In this document: positions 29,958 through 39,039 of the stretch, in pieces
Layout of the letters: each line of letters begins with the position of its first letter
Numbering within the stretch: position 1 is the first letter of the stretch
NCBI GenBank assembly: GCA_965223845.1
Contig: CBDCXR010000004.1
Coordinates: 5,184,001-5,248,000 of the forward strand
Reading direction: 5' to 3'
Source: Planctomycetota bacterium
Lineage (GTDB): Bacteria; Planctomycetota; UBA8108; SXIK01
DNA: 64,000 nt
Position numbers and translations under genes: made by a program
The notes under the pieces: generated by a model
Databases searched by the model: none
The model's input: only the letters and a program-made list of their open reading frames with translations
Told to the model about the DNA's origin: nothing

Positions 29958-30290
29958 GTGGTACAAGTTATCGGCGGCATCTGCGTGGGCCGCAAGATGG
30001 GAAAAGAGGCGGTGAGCAAGCAGGATCTCTGCAGCTGCATGGACGGCGATTCCAGTGGTATTATTGAAGGGTTGGACATGGACAGCCGAGCGCATGACTT
30101 AATGGAGCCGATGTGGCAGCTTTCGCCCGGCGAAGAAATGTCGTTTTTCTACCAGCATTGCCATGATTGCAACATTAGTTACATGGGGCCAAATAGTAGC
30201 CCTAACGCCCCTTCTCAGTTTTCCGCCTTTCCGTTTGCGGAAATGTATGGAGATTTGGGTGTTGACCGGGAAGATGTTGATATTAACTAA
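29958..30290 (+). other. Low-GC ORF fragment of unknown function
   Basis: AT-richer sequence abutting the truncated transposase; no recognisable family. Confidence 0.3.
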
Positions 30291-30433
30291 CGAGGTTTTC
30301 TCGTATGAGTCAATTCCACGTCGCCTCCTTCCGCGATCGTTGGTCAGGTCCGTCTTGCCGTGAAATAGATTTTTGGTGTCAGCCGATTGATCGACAGTCG
30401 GTCGAGGCTTACAACCGAACGAGGCGCAATGCG

Positions 30434-30877
30434 CTATTGACGTTTGTAGATGGACCGCGCGGTGTCGTCCTCGATGAATAGATCTCCGGAATCCGAAAAC
30501 CCGTAAGTACATTCGTAATGTATAAATCTGTCGCCTGTTTCCGGGTACACCTTTAGCCGATTTCCTCTTAAAGAAAACGGAAGTCGCAATGTCTTAGGCC
30601 CATCCTCGAACGGCGACTTGATAAGAATATGCCTATCTCTGCTAATGGTTATTTCAGAGCTTAGAGGGGGATGGTAAAAGGAGGTTCTTTTTCTCTCATT
30701 GAGAAACTCCAGTTGTCGATTTTCCCAAACACCCACTAATTCCCTCAAGTGATGCCATTCGACAATTGTGTTCCACCGCAGGGCGAGCAAGGCGACGAGG
30801 GATATAGTTAGTGATCCGAAAAGCAGGGTGACTATCTTTCCTCTCATGACGAACCTCGCGCGCAGTTTCGAAGCCAT
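30434..30877 (-). CDS. Hypothetical low-GC membrane-anchored protein (possible lipocalin-like beta domain); start may be 30847
   Basis: N-terminal TM then LVGVWE and beta-rich segments. Confidence 0.55.
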   Translation of the reverse strand: MASKLRARFVMRGKIVTLLFGSLTISLVALLALRWNTIVEWHHLRELVGVWENRQLEFLNERKRTSFYHPPLSSEITISRDRHILIKSPFEDGPKTLRLPFSLRGNRLKVYPETGDRFIHYECTYGFSDSGDLFIEDDTARSIYKRQ

Positions 30878-31155
30878 ACCTCAAATCCAACGAATCTAAA
30901 CTCGAGTCGAAAGAACCCCACCGAACGAGTGTCCAGGCTCGATCTTCGACCGCAATCGAATAGGTGTGCAATTGTCGCGGCTAACGGGAGTGGCGTCAAA
31001 AGCCGGGAAGCCCCCGAACCCAAAGATGTTAACGCCCAGCCGACACAGCCTCGAACCCGGTCACCGTGGGGAGTGGCAAAATAGAAGTAGGCGATAAAGA
31101 CTGTGGTGGCGCGGGCCCCGAGGGTCGAATGCGACTCCGGCCGTGCCCCAACTCG

Positions 31156-31462
31156 CCCGAATCAATCGAAGTTGCCGCCCGGCGGCAAGCACTCAGTCGC
31201 TAACCGCGAACCTGGGAGCAGCCCTTCCCCACCAGCGCGCCCGTTACTGGCGCGCTCAAAGAAGCCCCCGAATCCGGTCCATCCATAGGAGACTACGTAT
31301 AAACAACTATATCGTCGCGAATCTCAACTGCCGAGTGGTACTCGAAACGTGCTCGGGCTCTCCCGAATCAACAGCATTCGCCCTCGCGCACCAACTTCTC
31401 AATCACAAACCCCAATCCGGAAGCAGCCCCTCCCCGCCAGCGCGCCGGTAATTGGCGCACTC
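31156..31462 (+). repeat. Degenerate ~100-bp direct repeat, two copies ~205 bp apart
   Basis: Cores 31217-31257 and 31422-31462 match at 35/41; both are preceded by CCCGAATCAA (31156, 31362). Confidence 0.7.
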
Positions 31463-31724
31463 GGATCGCGATCGAACGCGGTCAGAGCCCAGTCAGAGCC
31501 GCCCGGGCGCGCGATTCTTCGTCCCGCCTGTGAGCGCTCAAACGCTCAAGTCGCTCGTCCGATCGTCAGGCTGTCAATGCCGGCCGAAAAGCTCGCCTAT
31601 TCGCCGGGGAACGCGGAGTTTCGGGCGCACGCCGAGCTACCCCGCGACTCCGCTTCGCGATGCATCTCCGTACCCCGACTTCCGGTAAGCAGCGGATGCC
31701 TCAGACCGGACACCCCCGACCGGG

Positions 31725-33182
31725 CTAAACCGATTCGTCGTCGAGGAACGCGGCGCGGTCGACCTTGAGCGCACGCATGATGCGCTGGAGAGCGGCACGA
31801 GTGAGACCACAACTCTGTGCGGCCTTGGTGACGTTTCCGTGCGCTCGCCGGAGAGCGTCCTGAACGTACTGGCGCTGGAAACGCTCGACGGCTCGCTTCT
31901 TCCCCTCGTCGTAGCTCAGGTCCTCGTCGAGCGGGTTCGGCGATGCGTCCTTCGAGTCGTCGAGACCGAGATTGTGGGCCCGGATCGTATCCCCGTGCGT
32001 GAGCACGAGCGCTCTCTGGATCGCGTTCTCGAGCTCACGCACGTTTCCCGGCCAGTCGTAGGCCTCCAGCTCGAGGAGCGCGTCCTCGCCGAGACGCGGT
32101 GGAATGCCTCCGTCTCGGCCTCTGAGCTTCGAGCCGTAGAGCCCGAGGAAATGTGCTGCGAGCGGCGCGATGTCGGCGCGTCGCTCTCGGAGCGGAGGGA
32201 CCCGGAGCGTGACCACCGTGAGGCGGAAATAAAGATCCGCGTGAAACTCGTTCTGAGCGATGAGGTCCTTGAGGTCGCGGTTCGTTGCCGCTACGAGCCG
32301 AAAGTCGACGGCGATGGGAGTCGTCGTGCCGAGTGGGGTGACGGTCCTCTCCTGGAGCACGCGCAGGAGCTTCTCCTGAAACGCCCGCGACATCAGCCCG
32401 ATTTCGTCGAGGAAGACCGTTCCCCCGCGCGCCGACTCGAAGATCCCCTTGCGATCCATGTCGGCTCCCGTGAACGCCCCTTTGCGGTGGCCGAAGAGCT
32501 CCGACTCGATGAGCGTATCCGGAAGCGCAGCGGCGTTGACGGCGAGGAACGGACGGTCTCGATTCGGGCTCTCCGCATGAAGCGCTCGAGCGATCTGCTC
32601 CTTCCCCGTTCCGCTCTCTCCTTCGATCAGCACGGTCATCGGCGAAGCCGCGACCTCGCGGACGACACCGATCAGCTCGCGCATCTTGGTGTCCTCGGCG
32701 ATGAGAGATTCGCCGTGATCCGTTCCGGAGCTCGCGGCGTTTCCGTTCGCCTGAACCATCCGCCGAACTCGCTCGTTGACGAGAGCTTCCTGGCCGTAGC
32801 GACGCAGCGAGCGGAGGATTTCCTGGTTGTCGAAGGGCTTGGTGATGAAGTGAACCGCGCCCGCTTGGAGTGCGGTGACGGCCATGTTGATCGTGCCGAA
32901 TCCAGTGATGAGGATCACGACGATCGTATCGTCGAGCCGTTTGATCTCCGCCAAGAGTTCCAGACCGGATCTTCCGGGCATCGTGATGTCGGAAACGACC
33001 AGGTGCGGCTTCTCTCGAGCGATCAGTTCGAGCGCCTCCTCGGCTGAAGCGGCAGTGTCGACGTCAGCCTCGAGAGACTTGGCGAGCATCTCCAGACCGA
33101 GGAGCACATCCGGCTCGTCGTCGACGATGAGGACACGGAGCTCTCCCTGCTTCCAGAGGGGTTCACGATCACGCTCCGACAT
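31725..33182 (-). CDS. sigma54-dependent NtrC/AtoC-family response regulator
   Basis: Receiver (VDDE, SDITMPG, KPF), GESGTGKE, intact [22 protein letters not shown], Fis HTH. Confidence 0.95.
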   Translation of the reverse strand: MSERDREPLWKQGELRVLIVDDEPDVLLGLEMLAKSLEADVDTAASAEEALELIAREKPHLVVSDITMPGRSGLELLAEIKRLDDTIVVILITGFGTINMAVTALQAGAVHFITKPFDNQEILRSLRRYGQEALVNERVRRMVQANGNAASSGTDHGESLIAEDTKMRELIGVVREVAASPMTVLIEGESGTGKEQIARALHAESPNRDRPFLAVNAAALPDTLIESELFGHRKGAFTGADMDRKGIFESARGGTVFLDEIGLMSRAFQEKLLRVLQERTVTPLGTTTPIAVDFRLVAATNRDLKDLIAQNEFHADLYFRLTVVTLRVPPLRERRADIAPLAAHFLGLYGSKLRGRDGGIPPRLGEDALLELEAYDWPGNVRELENAIQRALVLTHGDTIRAHNLGLDDSKDASPNPLDEDLSYDEGKKRAVERFQRQYVQDALRRAHGNVTKAAQSCGLTRAALQRIMRALKVDRAAFLDDESV

Positions 33183-35400
33183 CGACTCTCCCCAGCGATG
33201 GCGACTTGCTACTGATCTCGCTCGGGCGACCTCGTCCCCCGAGCGTCGACTGTCCGCTGCGAGGAATCTCCAACGAGAAGATGGTCTCGCCCGGATCGGA
33301 GACCTTCAGCACGAGCCGCCCGCCGTGGGCCTCGGCGATCCTCTTCGAGGTCGACAAGCCGAGTCCCGTTCCAGTTCCCGGCCGCTTCGTCGAGAAGAAC
33401 GGATCGAAGACTCTTCCGCGGATACTCTCCGGGACGCCCGGCCCGTCGTCGACGACCTCGATCGTGACTCGCTCCGCGTCCTGGTGTGCGCGGACGACGA
33501 CGCTGCCCGGCGTATCTCCTGCGGCCTGAACGGCGTTCATCACGAGGTTGACCAGCACCTGCCTGATTTGGAGCTCGTCACCGCGAAGGACGATCGGCTC
33601 CTCTGGAGTCTCGATCTCGAACTGCTTCGTCTTGCGTTCGATCAGAGGACGGAGAAACTCAGCCACCTCGAGAAGTAGGTCCGCGACCTCGATCTCGCTG
33701 ATCTCAGGCGCGGGATATGCGGACATCTCGAGGAGATTCGAGACGGTTCGCCGGCAGGCCTCGGCGTTCCGCAGAATCACATCCGCGTGCTTCTTCAGAT
33801 CGGCACTCTGACCGCGACCGGAGCCGTTCTCGAGCGCTTCGGAAATCATCTGGCTGAACATGACGATCGCGGCCAGCGGATTGTTCACCTCGTGCGCGAC
33901 GACGGCGGCGAGCTCGCCGACCACATGGATGCGCTCCTGGTGCGCCTGCCGCTGCGCCGCTTCCACCCGCTCGGTGACATCGCGGCTGACGTAGACTCCT
34001 TCGGGCGGATGTCCGACGCGAGTCGGCAGCGGAGTCACGTGGATCTCGTAGACGCGGTCGTTCGACCGAATCATGCACGATCCGGGCAGAGCTTTTTCGC
34101 GCGCCAGGCAGGTGAGACAGTTGCTGTTCTCGGCGTCGAGATGCGTACAGAGCAGTCGCTCCCGAGTCGATCCCGACTCGTTGAGTCGATCGACCAGCGT
34201 ATGGCCGGCAGCGTTTGAGAACGTCACCTCGCCCGCGTTGTTCATGATGAAGAGACCGTCTTGCATCGAGCGGATGAGGACCTCGAGGCGATCGCGTTCG
34301 AACCGGACGAGCGACTGCTGGCGTTCGAGCTTCAGCGCGGAGTCTTTTAGTCGTTTGGAGCGCTCGGCGACGGCTTTGGCCATAACATTGAAGGCTCGCG
34401 ACAAATCTCCGATCTCGTCGTTCGAGCGTGTGTCGGGAACGCGAACCGTCTCGTCCCCGGCCGTCATCTTCTGGGCGGCTTGCCGCAGCTGGAGCAGCGG
34501 GCGCAGAAGGAAGCGGGCGGGGAAGAACAGAAAGGCCAAGCTGACCGCCAGGAGAGTTGCGCAGATCGTGAGGAAGCGCCTCGTCAGCGTCGTGATCGGG
34601 GCAATCGCGGCGAGCCGATCCATGGTTACGTCGAGCGTCCATCCCGCGAGACCGAGCGGGAGCTCGTGCCGGATGAGAGGACGCTCCGCGCGCTCGGGTG
34701 CCGTCGTCTCGGCGGAACCGATGATCGGCACCGTGTGTCCACCCGGATCGTGCAAGAGCAGGGAGCGTTGATCGAGTCCGTCTCGCGGTCCGAGGAGCGG
34801 CGTGCTCGCAATTCCCTCCAGCCACCGATCGAGGTCGAGGACGATCTGGAGGTGTCCGATCTCTCCTTGACCGTCGAGCGTCCTGAGCGTCGTCGTGACC
34901 GTGCAGGCTCGGAAATCGCGTTCGGGTTCGACCGGCAGCACCGAGCTGACCGTCGTCGTTTTGATGGGCGCGAACGCGACCTCGGGGTAGGAGTCATCGA
35001 CGCGAACGAGCCATCTACCGTCGAGACCGATCACGGCGGCGTTAGCGAAGGACGGAACCAGGTTCAGCTTGTTCTCGTCGAGGTGGCGACGCAAACGACG
35101 CTCGATCTCGCTGCGGGCCGCGTCGTCCTCGGCTGCGGCCAGAGCCTCTGTCTGAACACGGATGAAGCCGTCGGAGGCGAAGTCCTCGATTCGTCGAGCG
35201 ACGAGATCGAACCCGGCGTCCACGGCTTGTTTCGCCAGAAGAGCTTGCGTCTCGAGCTCGCGGCGTATGCGTTCCTCGAGAGCCTGTCGCGTGTCCGTCG
35301 TCACGAGGTAGCCGCCGATGCCAAACGCAGTCACGTACAGGACCGAGAAAGCCAGCGGCAGCTTGTACTTGATCGGTACCCAGTGAAGGGGATCACGCAT
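33169..35400 (-). CDS. Membrane sensor histidine kinase (periplasmic domain, HAMP, Cys-rich PAS, HisKA, HATPase)
   Basis: Two TMs, DEIGDLSRAFNVMA, AHEVNNPL, NLVMNA, DDGPG, FDPFFSTK, GTGLGL. Confidence 0.95.
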   Translation of the reverse strand: MRDPLHWVPIKYKLPLAFSVLYVTAFGIGGYLVTTDTRQALEERIRRELETQALLAKQAVDAGFDLVARRIEDFASDGFIRVQTEALAAAEDDAARSEIERRLRRHLDENKLNLVPSFANAAVIGLDGRWLVRVDDSYPEVAFAPIKTTTVSSVLPVEPERDFRACTVTTTLRTLDGQGEIGHLQIVLDLDRWLEGIASTPLLGPRDGLDQRSLLLHDPGGHTVPIIGSAETTAPERAERPLIRHELPLGLAGWTLDVTMDRLAAIAPITTLTRRFLTICATLLAVSLAFLFFPARFLLRPLLQLRQAAQKMTAGDETVRVPDTRSNDEIGDLSRAFNVMAKAVAERSKRLKDSALKLERQQSLVRFERDRLEVLIRSMQDGLFIMNNAGEVTFSNAAGHTLVDRLNESGSTRERLLCTHLDAENSNCLTCLAREKALPGSCMIRSNDRVYEIHVTPLPTRVGHPPEGVYVSRDVTERVEAAQRQAHQERIHVVGELAAVVAHEVNNPLAAIVMFSQMISEALENGSGRGQSADLKKHADVILRNAEACRRTVSNLLEMSAYPAPEISEIEVADLLLEVAEFLRPLIERKTKQFEIETPEEPIVLRGDELQIRQVLVNLVMNAVQAAGDTPGSVVVRAHQDAERVTIEVVDDGPGVPESIRGRVFDPFFSTKRPGTGTGLGLSTSKRIAEAHGGRLVLKVSDPGETIFSLEIPRSGQSTLGGRGRPSEISSKSPSLGRVDVGA

Positions 35401-35471
35401 GTTCGAGACTCAGATCTCGGCCGGCGCAACGCGCGGATTCACACGAAGGAAGAAGACCGTTCGACGCGTGG

Positions 35472-36188
35472 TCAAGACCCTCGTTCGTACGCGGCGCGAG
35501 CTCGCGGGTGCAGGATGTTGTTCTCGAGGTGGATGTGTAATTGAAGATCGCGGCCCAGCTCGGCGAGTCCGGCGTAGAGAGAGCGGTACGCATCGGATGC
35601 CTCTTCCGGGGCGCGGAAGTCGTTGGTGAGCTGACGCAGCTTCCGAAACGAATCACGTGCCTGATCGTGCTCCTCCTCCATCACCCGCATCGGCGACTCG
35701 GGAATCTCGTGACCTTTCTCGGGCTCGGCTTCTATCTGGCGGAGGCGTGGAAACAGAATCTGCTCCTCCTTCTGCAGGTGCTCTCCCAGTTCCGTGAAGA
35801 GAGGCGCGACGATCTTCGCGACCTCGTGGAGCTCCGGTCGCCGGTCGCCGAACTTTTGGATGACCTCTCTCAAGAGATTCCACAGTGCCGGGAGTGCGTT
35901 CTTCGTGAACGCGTGATGCGTCGCGACGATGTGATCCAGCAGAGCCCCGATGGGTTCCGTGGTCCAGTTCGGCTCGACCGGGCCGGTCGGCAGGGCGAGC
36001 AACTCTCCCAAGACTTCGTCCAGGTGAACCCCGGCGCGGTCGACAGCTGCCGCGAGCGGTGTCGGCTCGGAGCCGCAAAAATCGATCCACAGGCGCTGGA
36101 AGACGGGAATGGCGGCGGGCTGTCGGAGGGCGATCGTGGCGGTGGGTGTATCGGGATGGATCGCGCCGTCGCCGGTCGGTAGGGACAT
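35472..36188 (-). CDS. ric: Repair-of-iron-centres di-iron protein (YtfE/ScdA/DnrN)
   Basis: IDFC N-domain, HIVATHH, HLQKEEQILFP, MEEEH, HIHLENNILHP; start MSLPTG with AGAGG RBS. Confidence 0.9.
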   Translation of the reverse strand: MSLPTGDGAIHPDTPTATIALRQPAAIPVFQRLWIDFCGSEPTPLAAAVDRAGVHLDEVLGELLALPTGPVEPNWTTEPIGALLDHIVATHHAFTKNALPALWNLLREVIQKFGDRRPELHEVAKIVAPLFTELGEHLQKEEQILFPRLRQIEAEPEKGHEIPESPMRVMEEEHDQARDSFRKLRQLTNDFRAPEEASDAYRSLYAGLAELGRDLQLHIHLENNILHPRARAAYERGS

Positions 36189-36266
36189 GGATGGTTCCTC
36201 TAAGGCCGCTGAATCGAATCGTGGACGAGCACCGTGGCGACGAAACGTCACCGTGCGCGGACGGGT

Positions 36267-36282
36267 CGAGAGTGATTTGCCA
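36267..36282 (-). promoter_or_regulatory. Weaker sigma54-like promoter upstream of ric
   Basis: TGGCAAA-TCAC-TCTCG; partial UAS match GTTACGTGCG at 36437-36446. Confidence 0.4.
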
Positions 36283-36931
36283 GCTCGTCGACGGTCTGGG
36301 AGCCGGCGCAGGAATCGAATTCGGCCGGAATACGGTCCGCTCGGGCAGCCTCCGGAATCGCCTGGCGAGGATTTAGGCCGGTCGAAGCCGTGTTGGCTGG
36401 CGCATTCGCCGCGAGAACATCGGTGGCGCCGATCATGTTACGTGCGGCCGGAGTAAGACGGATGAGCATTTCGGTCCGACTCTCGAACTCTCACCCGGAT
36501 TCGTCTACCGCGATCTCGACAGCGGATGAATTGGGGAATTGCTCATCCTTTCGCGAGTTTTTTCGCACCGGCCCCTCCAGCCCGCATGCGCGCGGAAGGC
36601 CCGCTTCGGACGCTTGGCGGCTCCCAACTCTCTCAACCAGCGCTGCGCCGTGAGGGGACGACCGGGCCTCGCGACGCTCGGAAGGATTCAGGTCGAGCTC
36701 GTCGACGAGCACGTCTGCGGCGTCTGAACGTCCTCGCGTGATGTCGCGATTCTACCGCGATTCGAAACCGCGCCTCGGGGCCGAGCATCCGCTTCTCGCC
36801 GCGATCATCGTCTTCGGTGTGTAGGGCGTCCGGCGGCTCAAACAACCGATGGAGATGCGCAGGTCGGCGATGTAAGGTCGCTCCGATGTCTCCCGGTCCA
36901 TTTCATCAACGCCTGCGAGAATCGAACCCCG

Positions 36932-37249
36932 ATGTCGAATCCTCCGAAATTCTACGAGCAGATGAAGGCCCAGCATCCCGAGGTGTTCACCGCGTACGAG
37001 GCGCTCGCTGACGTCGCGCGGAGCGCCGGGCCGCTCGATCCGAAGACAGCGGCGATGGTAAAGCTCGCGATCAGTCTCGGCGCCGGTCTCGAAGGCGCCG
37101 TGCATTCGAGCGTCCGCAAAGCGCTCGCGGCCGGCTGCACTGCGGACGAGCTGCGTCATGTCGTGATGTTAGGCGTGACCACGATCGGCTTCCCTTCGAC
37201 CATGCGCGCACGCGCATGGACGGAAGACGTGCTGGGCGCCGGGAGCTGA
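36932..37249 (+). CDS. Carboxymuconolactone decarboxylase (AhpD-like) family protein
   Basis: GPLDPKTAAMVKLAIS...EGAVHS.VRKAL..G....EL.H...TTIGFP. Confidence 0.85.
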   Translation: MSNPPKFYEQMKAQHPEVFTAYEALADVARSAGPLDPKTAAMVKLAISLGAGLEGAVHSSVRKALAAGCTADELRHVVMLGVTTIGFPSTMRARAWTEDVLGAGS

Positions 37250-37326
37250 TCGGCAGGCTCCAGGTGTGTGGAGGCGCTTCGAGTGCGCCCCTTCGCCGAA
37301 GGCTCGAGTGCACTCGGAAAACTCGT

Positions 37327-37357
37327 TTGACTCTCCCCTTACTGGAGACCCTAGGGT
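37327..37357 (+). promoter_or_regulatory. MerR-type promoter/operator
   Basis: -35 TTGACT (37327-37332), 19-bp spacer, -10 TAGGGT (37352-37357), dyad TCTCC-N7-GGAGA in the spacer region. Confidence 0.8.
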
Positions 37358-37403
37358 CCCCCACCTGTCCTGGTTTTCAGGTTGTCAAGGGATCCCAGAG
37401 TCG

Positions 37404-38222
37404 ATGAAGTACTCGATCGGCGAGTTCTCCCGCATCAGCCGCCTGACCGTCAAGACGCTCCGCTTCTATCACGAGAAGGGGCTGCTGGTCCCAGCGACGG
37501 TCGATCGTGAATCCGGCTATCGTTACTACGACGACGAGAACTTACGAACGGCGCGTACGATCGTCACCCTCCGGGACCTCGAGTTCTCCCTCGCGGACAT
37601 CACGGAGATCCTCTCTTCCACTGATCGCGACGTCGATATCGTTCGCCATCTCGAGCGACGAAGAGAATCCGTGCGGGAGAGCGTCACCCACTACCGCGAC
37701 TTGGCGAAACGCATCGAGCAGGTGATCGCCATGGAACGCGAAGCACGGGAGGTCGAAGACATGCGCCCAAGTTTGATGACGATCGACGATCGCACGATCG
37801 AGCCGATTCTCGTCGCCGGATTGCGAATGAAGGGGAGATACCGAGACTGCGGCGAAGGGTTTTCGCGGCTCGCGAAACTCGTCGGTCGCTACATCTCCGG
37901 CAAGCCGATGCTACTCTGCTACGATGACGAGTACCGAGAAGATGACGCGGACTTCGAGCCGTGCTTCCCAATCCGTCGGAAGATCACCGCCGAGGGAGTC
38001 GACGTTCGCCAGCTTCCCGGTCGGCGCTGCATGACGCTCCATCACCGCGGGCCGTACGATTCGATCGGGGAAGCCTACGCACGGGCACATGCGCACGCGA
38101 AAGCTCGCGGCTACGCGTTCAGCCTCCCGTCGCGCGAAGTGTACCTGAAGGGCCCGGGACTCCTCTGGAAGGGAAATCCAAAGCGGTACCTCACCGAGAT
38201 TCAGCTGCCCATCGAGGAGTGA
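37404..38222 (+). CDS. MerR-family regulator with GyrI-like effector domain (BmrR type)
   Basis: YSIGEFS...VKTLRFYHEKGLL.P...SGYRYY; C-terminal HRGPYD...REVYL.GPG...TEIQLP. Confidence 0.92.
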   Translation: MKYSIGEFSRISRLTVKTLRFYHEKGLLVPATVDRESGYRYYDDENLRTARTIVTLRDLEFSLADITEILSSTDRDVDIVRHLERRRESVRESVTHYRDLAKRIEQVIAMEREAREVEDMRPSLMTIDDRTIEPILVAGLRMKGRYRDCGEGFSRLAKLVGRYISGKPMLLCYDDEYREDDADFEPCFPIRRKITAEGVDVRQLPGRRCMTLHHRGPYDSIGEAYARAHAHAKARGYAFSLPSREVYLKGPGLLWKGNPKRYLTEIQLPIEE

Positions 38223-38225
38223 CCC

Positions 38226-38708
38226 ATGGCCGTCAAAAAGAAAACCTGGCGTGAGAAGCTCGAGGACGACAAAGATCTGCCGAAGGTCGAAAAGATCACG
38301 GGCAAGATGACGAAACGATGGGGCCGCGGTACGGTCGTGATCCCGGCCCCGCGCGAAGTCGACGCCGCAATGCGCAAAGTGCGCCGAGGGAAGCTCGTCA
38401 CCGTCGATCTCCTTCGCGAGGCGCTTGCGACGAAGCACGGCGCGACGATCGCCTGTCCGCTCACGACCGGAATCTTCGCTTGGATTTCCGCCAACGCCGC
38501 CGACGAAGCCGAAAGCGCAGGGAAGAAGCGCATCACACCCTATTGGCGAACGCTCAAGACGGGCGGGCAGCTCAATCCCAAATACCCCGGTGGCGAAAAG
38601 AACGTCGCCGCGCGCCTCCGAGAAGAGGGGCACACCGTCGTCAAAAAGGGGAAACGCTACGTCGTCAAAGACTTCGAGTGCTCGCTCGCGCGAGTGCGAC
38701 TCGATTGA
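38226..38708 (+). CDS. MGMT-family / alkyltransferase-like DNA-binding protein
   Basis: VRRGKLVT, ACPLTTGIF, TPYWR, GQLNPKYPGG, LREEGH. Confidence 0.75.
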   Translation: MAVKKKTWREKLEDDKDLPKVEKITGKMTKRWGRGTVVIPAPREVDAAMRKVRRGKLVTVDLLREALATKHGATIACPLTTGIFAWISANAADEAESAGKKRITPYWRTLKTGGQLNPKYPGGEKNVAARLREEGHTVVKKGKRYVVKDFECSLARVRLD

Positions 38709-38730
38709 AACGCGGCCGTCTCGGAGCGCG

Positions 38731-38938
38731 GATTTCACACGAAGAGCGCGAAGGACCGCGAAGACGGACGAAGGAAGAGGGAGAGGGAGGGATGTGAATC
38801 AAAACCCGTGGTGAGAGGACGGTTCTCGCGAGCGGGAGCGGAATGGACGAACGCCGAGCGTTGGAACACTCCAGCACATTCTCCAAGTTGTTTCTCTTCG
38901 TCTGTCTTCGCGGTCCTTCGCGCTCTTCGTGTGAAATC
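38731..38938. repeat. REP/MITE-like element with 43-bp inverted arms (copy 1)
   Basis: GATTTCACACGAAGAGCGCGAAGGACCGCGAAGACGGACGAAG at 38731-38773 and its reverse complement (42/43) at 38896-38938. Confidence 0.9.
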
Positions 38939-39039
38939 TCTCTTCAAGAATCATCAAGCAAAACGCCCCCGCCGCCGAGCCAAACGGACTCGGAGGCGGG
39001 GGCGATTCGCGATGAAGAGCGAACGCTCGACCTAGCCGA

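Noticed and set aside
30190-31210. CTAAC/GTTAG motifs near low-GC ORFs suggesting integron attC sites (also GCACAAC...GTTGTC at 7326-7440)
   Set aside because: No properly paired R''/R' and L boxes, and no integron integrase in the window.
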